The position numbers were made by a program, and so were the translations under genes. From Alphaproteobacteria bacterium (lineage in GTDB: Bacteria; Pseudomonadota; Alphaproteobacteria; GCA-2731375), in NCBI GenBank assembly GCA_028824965.1, contig JAPKBD010000002.1, positions 1-53,818 of the forward strand: 53,818 nucleotides of DNA. The letters are read 5' to 3'. Position 1 is the stretch's first letter. Each line of letters opens with the position of its first letter. This document shows positions 36,928 through 46,481 of the stretch, piece after piece. The notes below the pieces were generated by a model that saw only the letters and a program-made list of their open reading frames with translations, made no database searches and was not told where the DNA came from.

Positions 36928-38172
36928 TCAACGTTGGAAACAAGCCACCAATTCCAAATGTCGGCTCCAGGGAAATTGATCCACCGGGGTCACAGACATC
37001 AGGCGATAGCCGCCCATCTCCAAGGTCAGGGCATCGCGGGCAAAGGTCGCCGGGTTACAGGACACAGCAACCACGGTGGCAACGGTAGAGGCGGCCAGTA
37101 ATTCCACTTGCCGGGCTGCACCGGCGCGGGGGGGATCGAAGATCACCGCCGCATAGGCCGCCAACTCCTCTACCGACAGGGGGCGGCGTTCCAGATCACG
37201 AACCTGGATCTCTATACCGTTGCGGCGGGCAGCATTACGACCTGCGATCAAAGCATCGGTCTGTTCTTCCACGCCTTCTACCGCCAGCACTTCAACGTTT
37301 TTGTTCATGGCAAAGCTGAAGGTTCCGACGCCTGCATAGAGATCCGCCACCGATCGTGCATCACCCACGCTCTGTTGTACAAGTTTGACCAAGGCCTGTT
37401 CGCCGGCTAGGCTGGCTTGCAAGAAACCATTGGGTGGCGGGGTAACCGCGACCCCTGATAACGTGACCGTGGGTGCCCGGCGCACCATCACCACCTCGGG
37501 CCGCAGGCCCGTGGACAGACGGGCCAAATCTGCGTCCTGGGCAAAATCCGCCAAACGCATATCGACCTGGGCGTTGTGGGACAATTTCGCGACCAGCCAT
37601 ACATCCAACCCGTTTTCGGTCTCCGTAACCTGCACATCCGCCTTGCCGCCAGACTTCATCAGGTCGAACAGCACGGCCCGCAGTTCGGGCAGCACATCGA
37701 CAATGGCCGGGCGCAGGATATGGCAGCTATCCAGATTGATGATTTTGTGACTGCCCGGTTCGTTAAAACCCAACAGAACTTTGCCCCCCGTATGTCGCGC
37801 CGAAAACCGCGCCCGGCGGCGGGAGGCGGGGGGTACGGTGACGAAATCTCCCACAACATCTGTTTCCAGATCCCGGTGGCGCAGGGCCTGATACAGGATA
37901 TCCAGCTTCCAACTTTGATAGGGGCCGGTCTGAATATGTTGCATGGCGCAACCGCCACAGACGGTGAAATGTGGGCAGGGTGCGGCCACCCGGTCCCCCC
38001 CTGGCACCAGCACATTATCCAGATGCGCCATGCGGGCGTCACCACGGCGGCCATTGATGGTCACAGCCACCTGATCCCCAGGTGCCGCATATGGAACATA
38101 TATTACGCCATCGTCGTCGCGGGCGATGCCGTCCCCGCGCGCGCCCAGGCTTTCAATATTCAGGTCCACCAT
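36928..38172 (-). CDS. Class I SAM-dependent RNA (uracil-5-)-methyltransferase, RlmD/TrmA family, with TRAM domain and a Cys cluster
   Basis: N-terminal TRAM-like segment (GDGIARDDDGVIYVPYAAPGD), CPHFTVCGGCAMQH, the SAM motif DLYAGVGTFS, and IFDPPRAG. Confidence 0.8.
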   Translation of the reverse strand: MVDLNIESLGARGDGIARDDDGVIYVPYAAPGDQVAVTINGRRGDARMAHLDNVLVPGGDRVAAPCPHFTVCGGCAMQHIQTGPYQSWKLDILYQALRHRDLETDVVGDFVTVPPASRRRARFSARHTGGKVLLGFNEPGSHKIINLDSCHILRPAIVDVLPELRAVLFDLMKSGGKADVQVTETENGLDVWLVAKLSHNAQVDMRLADFAQDADLARLSTGLRPEVVMVRRAPTVTLSGVAVTPPPNGFLQASLAGEQALVKLVQQSVGDARSVADLYAGVGTFSFAMNKNVEVLAVEGVEEQTDALIAGRNAARRNGIEIQVRDLERRPLSVEELAAYAAVIFDPPRAGAARQVELLAASTVATVVAVSCNPATFARDALTLEMGGYRLMSVTPVDQFPWSRHLELVACFQR

Positions 38173-38206
38173 TCACTTTTCCTTACGCTTATTTTTTCGC
38201 CCATTT

Positions 38207-38980
38207 TTACGCTTCGTCTTCCCGGCAGCCAGCCAGCAGAAACTCCACATTGCCCTGCGGCCCCTTGATGGGAGAGGTCCCCGTGCCCAGCACGGACCAG
38301 CCCGATTGTTGATCCAGCCAGGCCGAAATATCCGCCCTGACTTCAGCATGCAAGGCCGGATCGCGGACCACGCCGCCCTTGCCCACCCCGGCCGGTCCCA
38401 CCTCAAACTGTGGCTTGATCAGGGCGATCATCCTGGCACTAGGTGCTGCCAAAGCCATGGGCCCAGGCAATATAGTCCGCAGGCCAATGAAAGAGGCGTC
38501 ACAGACAATCAGGTCTACAGGGTCAGGCACGTCCTCTGCCGTCAGATAGCGGGCGTTCGTACGTTCCAGCACTTTAACACGGTCATCATTGCGCAGGGAC
38601 CAGGCCAATTGCCCATGCCCCACATCGACCGCATAAACCGTTGCCGCTCCGCCTTGTAGTAGAACATCCGTAAAGCCCCCTGTGGAGGCACCTACATCGA
38701 GGCAGATCAAACCCGTCGGATCGATCTGAAATTCCGCCAGACCATGGGCCAGCTTAACCCCGCCGCGAGAGACCCACGGGTGATCCTTGCCCTGCACGGT
38801 TAGTTCCACATCCAGGGGCAGTTCCTGGCCCGCCTTGTCCAGACGGCGGTCCACGCCATGCACCTTGCCCGCCATGATCAAGGCCTGGGCCTTGGTCCGG
38901 CTGTCCGCCAGGCCGCGCTCAACCATCAACAGGTCGAGGCGCATTTTTGATTTCGCCTTATTGCGAGGATGTGACGCCAT
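38207..38980 (-). CDS. tlyA: TlyA-family rRNA (cytidine-2'-O)-methyltransferase
   Basis: S4-like N-terminus RLDLLMVERGLADSRTKAQALIMAGKV and FtsJ-type LDVGASTGGFTDVLL. The start is either ATG 38980 or ATG 38944. Confidence 0.85.
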   Translation of the reverse strand: MASHPRNKAKSKMRLDLLMVERGLADSRTKAQALIMAGKVHGVDRRLDKAGQELPLDVELTVQGKDHPWVSRGGVKLAHGLAEFQIDPTGLICLDVGASTGGFTDVLLQGGAATVYAVDVGHGQLAWSLRNDDRVKVLERTNARYLTAEDVPDPVDLIVCDASFIGLRTILPGPMALAAPSARMIALIKPQFEVGPAGVGKGGVVRDPALHAEVRADISAWLDQQSGWSVLGTGTSPIKGPQGNVEFLLAGCREDEA

Positions 38981-38986
38981 AACTAC

Positions 38987-40930
38987 CTACGCCAGTTTCG
39001 GTGCCCCGGCCTCATTTACTTGGCCCTCAGATGAACCCGCCGACGACAGTGCGGATAGCGCCTTGGCGACAATGTCCGGCGCATTCAAGCCAGCAGTTGC
39101 ATACATATCGCCAGGCGCTCCATGATCTATAAAGCTGTCCGGCAACATCATTGTGCGTATCTTCAGGCCATTATCCAACAATTCATGGCGTTCCAGGCAT
39201 TGCAGCACATGGGCAGCGAAACCGCCGATGGCACCCTCTTCTATGGTGATCAAAACCTGATGATTGCGGGCCAGTTCGCAAACCAGATCTTCATCCAGCG
39301 GCTTGCAAAAACGGGCATCGGCCACAGTGGTGGAATAGCCCTTGGCAGAAAGATCTTCGGCTGCCTTCAGGCTTTCACCCAGGCGCGTCCCCAAAGACAG
39401 GATCGCGACGGTATTGCCGTCCCGGACAATGCGGCCCTTGCCAATCTCCAACGGTTCCGCCGGCAGGGTGATCTCCACGCCCTCGCCCTCACCACGGGGA
39501 TAGCGAAAGGCGCAGGGTCGATCATCGATACGGGCGGCTGTTGCCACCATGCGGGTCAATTCCGCCTCGTCCGCTGCCGCCATGACAACAAAGTTCGGCA
39601 GGCTGGCCAAATAGGTTAAATCAAAGGCGCCCGCATGGGTCGGGCCATCGGCACCAACCAGGCCCGCCCGATCAATGGCGAAGCGTACGGGCAGACTTTG
39701 GATAGCCACATCATGGACCACCTGGTCATAGGCGCGCTGCAGGAATGTCGAATAGATCGCGGCAAAGGGTCGATAGCCTTCCGCCGCCAGACCGGCTGCG
39801 AATGTGACACCGTGCTGTTCCGCGATCCCCACATCAAAACAACGGCTGGGAAAGCGTTTTTGGAACTCAGCCAACCCCGTGCCCGACGGCATGGCGGCCG
39901 TGATGGCAACGATTTTGTCATCCCGCTCCCCTTCGCGGACCAATTGGTCGGAAAAGACAGCCGTATAGCTGGGCGCATTGGGTTTGCTTTTGGCCTGGGC
40001 CCCGGTCACCACATCAAAGCGGGAGACGGCATGGGATTTATCCGCCGCCTGTTCCGCCGGGGCATAGCCCTTGCCTTTTTGCGTCACCACATGCACCAGG
40101 ATCGGGTTGGTGCGCCGGGCCTCGCGGACATTTTTTAATACGGGCAGCAAATGTTCCAGATTATGACCATCGATGGGCCCGACATAGAAAAAGCCCAGTT
40201 CCTCGAACAAGGTGCCGCCCGTAATCAGACCGCGGGCATATTCCTCAGCGCGGCGGGCCGTACGCTCCATAGGTTCGGGCATCTTTGCCGCCAACTGCTT
40301 GGCGAAATGGCGCAGGCCACGATAGGGCCGCGACGATAACAGGCGCGAGAGATAGGCGCTCATGGCACCAACGGGGGGTGCAATGGACATATCATTATCG
40401 TTCAGGATCACGATCATGCGGGTATTCATGGAACCGGCGTTGTTCATGGCTTCAAACGCCATGCCGGCGCTCATGGCACCATCGCCGATCACGGCAACCA
40501 CATTGCTGTCCCGGCCATCTAGGTCACGGGCCACGGCAAAACCGAGGCCGGCGGAGATAGAGGTAGATGAATGCGCCGTGCCGAACGGATCATAGGGACT
40601 TTCTGAACGCTTGGTAAAACCGGACAAACCACCAGCCTGGCGCAAAGTCCGAATGCGATCACGACGCCCGGTCAGAATTTTATGGGGATAAGCCTGATGC
40701 CCGACATCCCAGATCAACACATCATCAGGGGTATCAAAGACGTGATGCAAGGCAACGGTCAATTCAACAACACCCAGGCCGGCACCTAAATGACCACCTG
40801 TCTGTGCCACCGCATCAATGGTTTCCAGTCGCAGCTCATCGGCCAGCTGGCGCAGTTGTTCCACGGACAGGCCACGGGTATCCGCCGGGCTGTCTATGCT
40901 ATCCAATAATGGTGTCTTGCTTTCCGACAC
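38987..40930 (-). CDS. dxs: 1-deoxy-D-xylulose-5-phosphate synthase
   Basis: Segments [35 protein letters not shown] and [15 protein letters not shown]. The start is set at GTG 40930, with GGGGA 6 nt upstream. The ORF-track start at 41011 adds 27 non-homologous residues that run through a repeat element. Confidence 0.95.
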   Translation of the reverse strand: MSESKTPLLDSIDSPADTRGLSVEQLRQLADELRLETIDAVAQTGGHLGAGLGVVELTVALHHVFDTPDDVLIWDVGHQAYPHKILTGRRDRIRTLRQAGGLSGFTKRSESPYDPFGTAHSSTSISAGLGFAVARDLDGRDSNVVAVIGDGAMSAGMAFEAMNNAGSMNTRMIVILNDNDMSIAPPVGAMSAYLSRLLSSRPYRGLRHFAKQLAAKMPEPMERTARRAEEYARGLITGGTLFEELGFFYVGPIDGHNLEHLLPVLKNVREARRTNPILVHVVTQKGKGYAPAEQAADKSHAVSRFDVVTGAQAKSKPNAPSYTAVFSDQLVREGERDDKIVAITAAMPSGTGLAEFQKRFPSRCFDVGIAEQHGVTFAAGLAAEGYRPFAAIYSTFLQRAYDQVVHDVAIQSLPVRFAIDRAGLVGADGPTHAGAFDLTYLASLPNFVVMAAADEAELTRMVATAARIDDRPCAFRYPRGEGEGVEITLPAEPLEIGKGRIVRDGNTVAILSLGTRLGESLKAAEDLSAKGYSTTVADARFCKPLDEDLVCELARNHQVLITIEEGAIGGFAAHVLQCLERHELLDNGLKIRTMMLPDSFIDHGAPGDMYATAGLNAPDIVAKALSALSSAGSSEGQVNEAGAPKLA

Positions 40931-40952
40931 GTCGGTCCCCACTACGAATTCA

Positions 40953-41079
40953 CCAGAGCATGAACTATTTAAACATACCCTGGCACTTAAGATAAAGAGC
41001 CATCGAACCAATTACTTGGGTCCGATCAGGGACCTAACTAAAGGAAAATCGCTCTAGCGCAATATAGTATCAATTGCTC
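40953..41079 (+). repeat. Copy of the repeat family in the ispA-dxs spacer (core 40995-41079 plus a degenerate GAGCAT hairpin at 40955-40978)
   Basis: AGAGCCATCGAACCAATTACTTGGG...CAATTGCTC aligns with AGAGCAATTTTTCCAATCACTTGG...AATTGCTCT at 43310-43380. The ispA stop (TGA, 41070-41072) lies inside the terminal GAGCAATTGA. Confidence 0.65.
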
Positions 41080-41957
41080 CGGTTTATAACGAATTCACAC
41101 AAGGCCCGCAAAGCATTAGCTTTCTCACCAAAATGATCCAAGTGTGTCGCCGCCTGGCGCGAAAGAAAAATAGCCCGATCCCGCGCCCCTTCAACCCCTA
41201 ACATAGAGACGATGGTGGCTTTGCCCGCCGTAGCATCCTTGCCCGTGGCCTTACCCACATCCTTTGCATTTCCTTCGGCATCCAACAAATCATCGGTGAT
41301 TTGAAAGGCGAGGCCCAGATCATGGGCGAACATACGCAAGGCCTGGCGCTGTTGCGGGCGAGCCCGTGCCAGGATGGCACCCGCCTCGCCTGAAAAAGCG
41401 ATCATTTCGCCGGTTTTCAGGCGTTGCATACGGACAGTTCCCGCCTCATCCAGTTTGTGCTTTTCAGCCCAGAGGTCGAGGACTTGGCCACCGACCATGC
41501 CATGACCACCCGCCGCCCGTGACAAACCGGCCACCAAGTTCATGCGCACCTCTGGATCGGGGGAGGTTTTGCGATCGGCCAAAACCTCAAACGCCAGGGT
41601 CAACAAGGCATCGCCCGCTAAAACTGCCGTCGCCTCATCAAATTTTACATGCACCGTTGCCTGGCCCCGGCGTAAATCATCATCATCCATGCAGGGCAGA
41701 TCATCATGCACCAGGCTGTAGGCGTGAACCAATTCAACAGCTGCCGCGACCCGAATGCATTCGCTGGGTTCAAGGTCAAAGATCTGACCGCTGGAGATAA
41801 CCAGGAATGGACGCATGCGCTTACCGCCGCCCAGAACCGCATAACGCATGGCCTCAAACAGGTGCTGTTCCAACACCTCTGCACTGGGCAGCAGGCTTTC
41901 CAGCTCCCGATCAACGGCATCGACCACCGTCGCCAATCTGGTTTCGAAATCAATCAT
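41070..41957 (-). CDS. ispA: Farnesyl/geranyl diphosphate synthase (polyprenyl synthetase family)
   Basis: First DDxxD motif LVHDDLPCMDDDDLRRG and second motif FQITDDLLD. Confidence 0.85.
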   Translation of the reverse strand: MIDFETRLATVVDAVDRELESLLPSAEVLEQHLFEAMRYAVLGGGKRMRPFLVISSGQIFDLEPSECIRVAAAVELVHAYSLVHDDLPCMDDDDLRRGQATVHVKFDEATAVLAGDALLTLAFEVLADRKTSPDPEVRMNLVAGLSRAAGGHGMVGGQVLDLWAEKHKLDEAGTVRMQRLKTGEMIAFSGEAGAILARARPQQRQALRMFAHDLGLAFQITDDLLDAEGNAKDVGKATGKDATAGKATIVSMLGVEGARDRAIFLSRQAATHLDHFGEKANALRALCEFVINRSN

Positions 41958-42020
41958 TTAAATCTATCTCTTACTGGCATTTACTTGTTTTACCGGCACT
42001 TAATGGTGCTGTTTAGGACG

Positions 42021-42287
42021 CTATTGAATATCTGCTGGTTCGGTCGTCTGGGCCCGCCCGGAACCGTCTGCGACAATTTTTTCGACCTGTTCGCTGGCCG
42101 CATTCAATTTCGCCTCGCAATGACGTTTCAACATAGCGCCCCGGCTGTACAGCGCGATGGAGGCGTCAAGATCAACCTGCCCACCTTCCAAATTCTGCAC
42201 AATCGTTTCCAGCTCCGCCATCGCGGCTTCAAAGCTCATAGCGGCAACATCATCCGGGATCGCCGCGTTGTCTGCCTGTTTTGCCAT
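42021..42287 (-). CDS. xseB: Exodeoxyribonuclease VII small subunit
   Basis: Segment SFEAAMAELETIVQNLEGGQVDLDASIALYSRG; 88 aa. Confidence 0.9.
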   Translation of the reverse strand: MAKQADNAAIPDDVAAMSFEAAMAELETIVQNLEGGQVDLDASIALYSRGAMLKRHCEAKLNAASEQVEKIVADGSGRAQTTEPADIQ

Positions 42288-42308
42288 TCATTACGTCCCT
42301 TACGACAA

Positions 42309-43235
42309 TTACGTTTCGGTCATCAAAACCCGAACATGGGCTGCCGTTGCGGCTGCCAACGCGGCCAGATCATACCCGCCTTCCAGATAGGAAACCACCC
42401 GGCCTTGGCAATGTCTGTCCGCTAAAGCCAATAATTCTTCACTGACCCAGGAATAGTCCGACGTCTCCAACCGCAATTGCGCCAGGGGGTCATTTTCATG
42501 GGCATCGAAACCGGCGGATATGATCAGCAATTCCGGCTGAAATGCATCCAGGGCCGGCAACAAACCATCTGTGAAGGCATCGCGAAAGGCCACCCCCCCA
42601 GCACCAGCGGGGAGGGGGAAGTTATGGATATTGCCAACGCCCGTTTCAGATGACGCACCGGTACCGGGATAAAAAGGTGCCTGGTGGGTGGAGCCATAGA
42701 ACAGATCCGCATCGTCCCAAAAAGCGGCCTGGGTGCCGTTGCCGTGATGCACATCGAAATCCACCACGGCGACCTTACCCAAGCCATGCGCCCGGCGGGC
42801 ATGTTGGGCCGCGATAGCCACGGAATTAAAGATACAAAACCCCATGGATCGTTCCGGTTCAGCATGATGGCCCGGCGGCCGCGTGGCACAAAACGCCGTC
42901 TTCGCCTCGCCCGCCATGACCGCATCTACAGCGGCACAAGCCGCCCCGACGGCGCGCTGGGCTGCCTCCAATGTGGCTGGGTTCATGGCAGTATCCGGGT
43001 CCAGCTGTACCCGGCCCACGGTGGGCGCTGCAGCGATGACCTGGTCGATATGGGATTGCGTATGCACCAGGGCGATTTGATCCCAATCCGCCAAGGGAGC
43101 TTGCCGCCGCTCCAGGCCCGCGAATTCCGGCTCCGCCAGGGCCTGTTGGACGGCGCGCAGACGGTCCGGGCATTCGGGATGGCCCGGCCCCATGTCGTGT
43201 TCCAGACAGCTGTCGTGTTCGAATATCAAAGTCAT
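42309..43235 (-). CDS. Histone deacetylase / acetoin-utilisation (AcuC-like) family protein
   Basis: Segments RPPGHHA and DFDVHHGNGTQ...LEGGY; 308 aa. Confidence 0.8.
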   Translation of the reverse strand: MTLIFEHDSCLEHDMGPGHPECPDRLRAVQQALAEPEFAGLERRQAPLADWDQIALVHTQSHIDQVIAAAPTVGRVQLDPDTAMNPATLEAAQRAVGAACAAVDAVMAGEAKTAFCATRPPGHHAEPERSMGFCIFNSVAIAAQHARRAHGLGKVAVVDFDVHHGNGTQAAFWDDADLFYGSTHQAPFYPGTGASSETGVGNIHNFPLPAGAGGVAFRDAFTDGLLPALDAFQPELLIISAGFDAHENDPLAQLRLETSDYSWVSEELLALADRHCQGRVVSYLEGGYDLAALAAATAAHVRVLMTET

Positions 43236-43267
43236 ATTTTATCCTGTGTCCCTACGACGATATTGCA

Positions 43268-43382
43268 GTAGAGCATTTCCAACTAGGAAATGCTCTGACT
43301 CTCTAGAATAGAGCAATTTTTCCAATCACTTGGTTTCGCTCAAAGCACTTGGGCGATACTCATTTGATCGGAATTGCTCTAA
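43268..43382 (+). repeat. Best-preserved copy of the repeat family: an 11-bp GAGCAT hairpin (43270-43296) plus a 71-bp core with a 10-bp TIR (43309-43381)
   Basis: AGAGCATTTCC-aacta-GGAAATGCTCT, then TAGAGCAATT...AATTGCTCTA. It lies in the divergent promoter region between the HDAC gene and the NicX-like operon. Confidence 0.8.
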
Positions 43383-43426
43383 CATTGCCATGAAACAAAG
43401 TCAGTGAGGCCCTGAAAGGTTTTGGG

Positions 43427-44473
43427 ATGCTACAAGAACGTATCGAAGGCAAATGGATTGACTGCTTTGCCCGCGTCTTTGCCAAATGCAAGGTGGAACC
43501 GGGTGAAGCGGTGGCAATCCTGTCGGAAAGCCAATCCCGGCCCATCAATGTGCAGTTGGCGGAATTGGCCCTGCACCAATTAGGTGCCCAGGCTTTCCAC
43601 ATTGTGATCCCCACACCGGCGCAATCGGCACCTGTGCCCGTGCGATCAACAGGCGCCTCTGACGTGATCCAGAACATTCGCCCTGTTGTTTCTGCCCTGG
43701 CCAGTGCCGGGCTGGTCGTCGATTGCACAGTCGAGGGGCTGTTGCATGCGCCTGAGTTGCCGGAGATCCTGAAGGGCGGCGCGCGGGTGTTGATGGTCTC
43801 GAATGAGCATCCGGAGGCTTTGGAGCGTCTGGCCCCTGACGATGCCCTGGAGGGCAAGGTGAAGATCGGCATGAAAATGCTGCGTGGGGCCAAAGCCATG
43901 AAAATCACCTCTGCCGCTGGTTCCGATCTGTCCGTTGATCTGACGGGTGCTGTCGCAGGCGGTGGTTGGGGCTGGGTCACACGCCCCGGCATTATGTCCC
44001 ACTGGCCAGGCGGGCTGTGCCTGTGCTTCCCCAATTCCGGCACCGTCAATGGCACCTTGGTCTTGGACCGGGGTGATGTAAACCTGACCTTCAAGCGCTA
44101 TATGGATGCGCCCATAAGTTTGCGGATCGAAGATGATTATGTGGTCGCCATCGAAGGTGACGGCGTGGATGCGGAATTAATGCGCAGTTATTTTGCGGCC
44201 TGGAACGACAAAGACGCCTATGCCACATCCCATATCGGCTGGGGCATGAACCCCGGTGCCCGCTGGGATGCCATGGCCATGTATGACCGGGCCGATTTCA
44301 ACGGCACCGAACTGCGCGCCTTCGCCGGCAACGTGGTTTATTCCACAGGCGCAAACGAAGTGGCGGGTCGGCAGACCCTAGGGCATTTCGACCTGCCCAT
44401 TCGCAACTGCACGGTGGAGTTGGACGGCCACGCCGTTGTCAAAAGCGGTGTCTTACAAGGAGAGCTGGCATGA
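43427..44473 (+). CDS. Aminopeptidase-T (M29)-fold protein of the 2,5-dihydroxypyridine 5,6-dioxygenase (NicX)-like family
   Basis: 348 aa. Segments GTLVLDRGDVNL, SHIGWGMNPGARWDAMAMYDR and GHFDLPIRNCTVELDG resemble NicX-type proteins as I remember them. This has not been verified by search. Confidence 0.5.
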   Translation: MLQERIEGKWIDCFARVFAKCKVEPGEAVAILSESQSRPINVQLAELALHQLGAQAFHIVIPTPAQSAPVPVRSTGASDVIQNIRPVVSALASAGLVVDCTVEGLLHAPELPEILKGGARVLMVSNEHPEALERLAPDDALEGKVKIGMKMLRGAKAMKITSAAGSDLSVDLTGAVAGGGWGWVTRPGIMSHWPGGLCLCFPNSGTVNGTLVLDRGDVNLTFKRYMDAPISLRIEDDYVVAIEGDGVDAELMRSYFAAWNDKDAYATSHIGWGMNPGARWDAMAMYDRADFNGTELRAFAGNVVYSTGANEVAGRQTLGHFDLPIRNCTVELDGHAVVKSGVLQGELA

Positions 44474-45246
44474 GCAACATCCCCCATTTTCAGAGCCATG
44501 GTCAGGATGGTAAACCCGTGTTGTTGTTCCTGCACGGCATCGGCGGCGACAACCATGCCTTTGACGCCCAACTGCCCGCCTTCGCGGATCGTTGGCGCGC
44601 GGTGTCGTGGGACATGCCCGGCTATGGACAAAGCGCCCCCTTGGACGAAATGACATTTCCCGCCCTGGGGGATGCGGTCGCTAGGCTGCTGGACCATCTG
44701 GATGCGCCCACTGCCGCCATTGTGGGCCATTCCATGGGTGGCATGGTCGCCCAGGAATTTATCGCCCTGCATCCCGGTCGCACATCTGCGCTGGTTCTAT
44801 CGGGCACCTCACCCGCATTCGGGAAGCCGGGCAAATGGCGGGATGGTTTTCTAGGCCAGCGCCTGGCACCTCTCGATAAGGGCTTGAGACCCGCTGATTT
44901 CGCAGGCGATCTGGTACCCAACATGATGGGCGATAATCCGACGGCGGAGGCAGTGGCAGCCGCCATGGCGTCCATGTCCGCCCTATCGGCGCAGGCCTAT
45001 CGCGCCGCCCTGCATTGTCTGGTGACCTTCAACCGCCGGGACAATCTGGAAAACATCAACTGCCCCACATTGGCCCTGGCCGCGGAAATGGATGAGGCGG
45101 CACCGGCGGGAATGATGGAAAAGATGGCCGGCAACATCGCCGATTGCCGTTATCACTGCCTGACCGGCGTTGGGCATCTGGCCAATCTGGAAGATCCCGA
45201 AAATTTCAACAAGGCGATCCGAACCTTTTTGGACGAGGTAGCGTAA
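44470..45246 (+). CDS. Alpha/beta-fold hydrolase
   Basis: Segments LLFLHGIGGD and the nucleophile elbow GHSMGG, plus a C-terminal GHLANLEDP. There is a 4-nt ATGA overlap with the upstream gene. Confidence 0.8.
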   Translation: MSNIPHFQSHGQDGKPVLLFLHGIGGDNHAFDAQLPAFADRWRAVSWDMPGYGQSAPLDEMTFPALGDAVARLLDHLDAPTAAIVGHSMGGMVAQEFIALHPGRTSALVLSGTSPAFGKPGKWRDGFLGQRLAPLDKGLRPADFAGDLVPNMMGDNPTAEAVAAAMASMSALSAQAYRAALHCLVTFNRRDNLENINCPTLALAAEMDEAAPAGMMEKMAGNIADCRYHCLTGVGHLANLEDPENFNKAIRTFLDEVA

Positions 45247-45248
45247 CC

Positions 45249-46451
45249 ATGCCGACACAAGCGGAGCTATTGGCCACTGCACAAAAACTGGGGCGGGAAA
45301 AATTTTTACCCCGTGCCGCCATGTATGATCGGGAGGGGCGTTTCCCCACCGAGAATTATGCGGACCTGCGCGAAGCGGGCTTTCTGGGCCTTGTGATCCC
45401 CACGCGTTATGGCGGCATGGGCGTGGATTACGCCCGCTATATGGAAATCTCGGCCGAGATGGGTCGTTGGTGCGGGGCCACGGCCCTGACCTTCAACATG
45501 CATTGCGCCACCATGATGTGGTCATCGCAAATGGCCGATGATCTGGAAATGACCGACGAACAACGGGCAGCGCATGAAAAACGGCGCACCGGCATCTATC
45601 GTATGGTGATCGAAGACGGCACCTTGTTCGCGCAACCATTTTCAGAACCAAACAGTGCGGCAGCCGCCGGCAAAGCGCCATTCGGCACCACCGCGCGCAA
45701 AGTTGACGGCGGCTGGCTGGTCAATGGCCGCAAGCATTTCGCATCGTTGGCGGGATCTGCAGATTTCTACGGTATCTTGTGCACGGAAGCCAAAGAGGAC
45801 GGTGACGCGGACGTTAAGGACACCATTTATCTGGCGGTAGACGGCAAAGCTGAAGGCTTTCACATCAGCGGCGAATGGGATGTTCTGGGCATGCGGGCCA
45901 CGTCATCGAACAATCTCGAATTGATCGATGTCTTTGTGCCCGACGAACATCAGATGATGCCGCGGGGCAAATATTATCAAGCCGCCTTGAACTGGCCTCA
46001 TATGTTCATGACCTTGTGCCCCACCTATATGGGCATCGCCCAGGCCGCGTTCGATTTCACCTGCCAGTATTTGCGGGGCGAGGTTGAGGGGGGACCACCG
46101 GCGGGCAGTGCCCGTCACAGCCCAGCCAAGCAAATGGCCGTGGCGGAAATGCGCCTGAAACTGGAACAGGCCCGCGCGCTGTTTCAGACCGCGATTAGCG
46201 AGGCCGGGGTTAACCCCGCCAAAGACATGCGCCTGCGGGCCTATGCGGCGCAATACACAGTGATGGAATTTTCCAACGACATCTGTCGCCTGGCCCTGCG
46301 CACCTGCGGCGGGCGGGTCATTTTTCGAACCCTGCGGTTGGAGCAGCTATACCGCGACAGCCGCTGTGGCTCCCTCATGCTGCCCTGGACGCCTGAAATC
46401 TGCATGGAACGCCTGGGCCGGGAAAGCCTGTTTGAGCCCGGAGAACGCTAG
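45249..46451 (+). CDS. Acyl-CoA dehydrogenase family protein
   Basis: ATG 45249 lies 3 nt after the upstream stop. The N-terminus is FLPRAAMYDREGRFPTENYADLREAGFLGLVIPTRYGG, and the ~400-aa length is ACAD-like. Confidence 0.7.
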   Translation: MPTQAELLATAQKLGREKFLPRAAMYDREGRFPTENYADLREAGFLGLVIPTRYGGMGVDYARYMEISAEMGRWCGATALTFNMHCATMMWSSQMADDLEMTDEQRAAHEKRRTGIYRMVIEDGTLFAQPFSEPNSAAAAGKAPFGTTARKVDGGWLVNGRKHFASLAGSADFYGILCTEAKEDGDADVKDTIYLAVDGKAEGFHISGEWDVLGMRATSSNNLELIDVFVPDEHQMMPRGKYYQAALNWPHMFMTLCPTYMGIAQAAFDFTCQYLRGEVEGGPPAGSARHSPAKQMAVAEMRLKLEQARALFQTAISEAGVNPAKDMRLRAYAAQYTVMEFSNDICRLALRTCGGRVIFRTLRLEQLYRDSRCGSLMLPWTPEICMERLGRESLFEPGER

Positions 46452-46481
46452 AATGAACGTTCGCGTGAACGTTAGACGCCG

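Noticed and set aside
43360-44094. 244-aa minus-strand ORF overlapping the NicX-like gene and the repeat element
   Set aside because: It is antisense to a well-supported, operon-embedded gene and has a low-complexity Ser/Arg/Pro composition.
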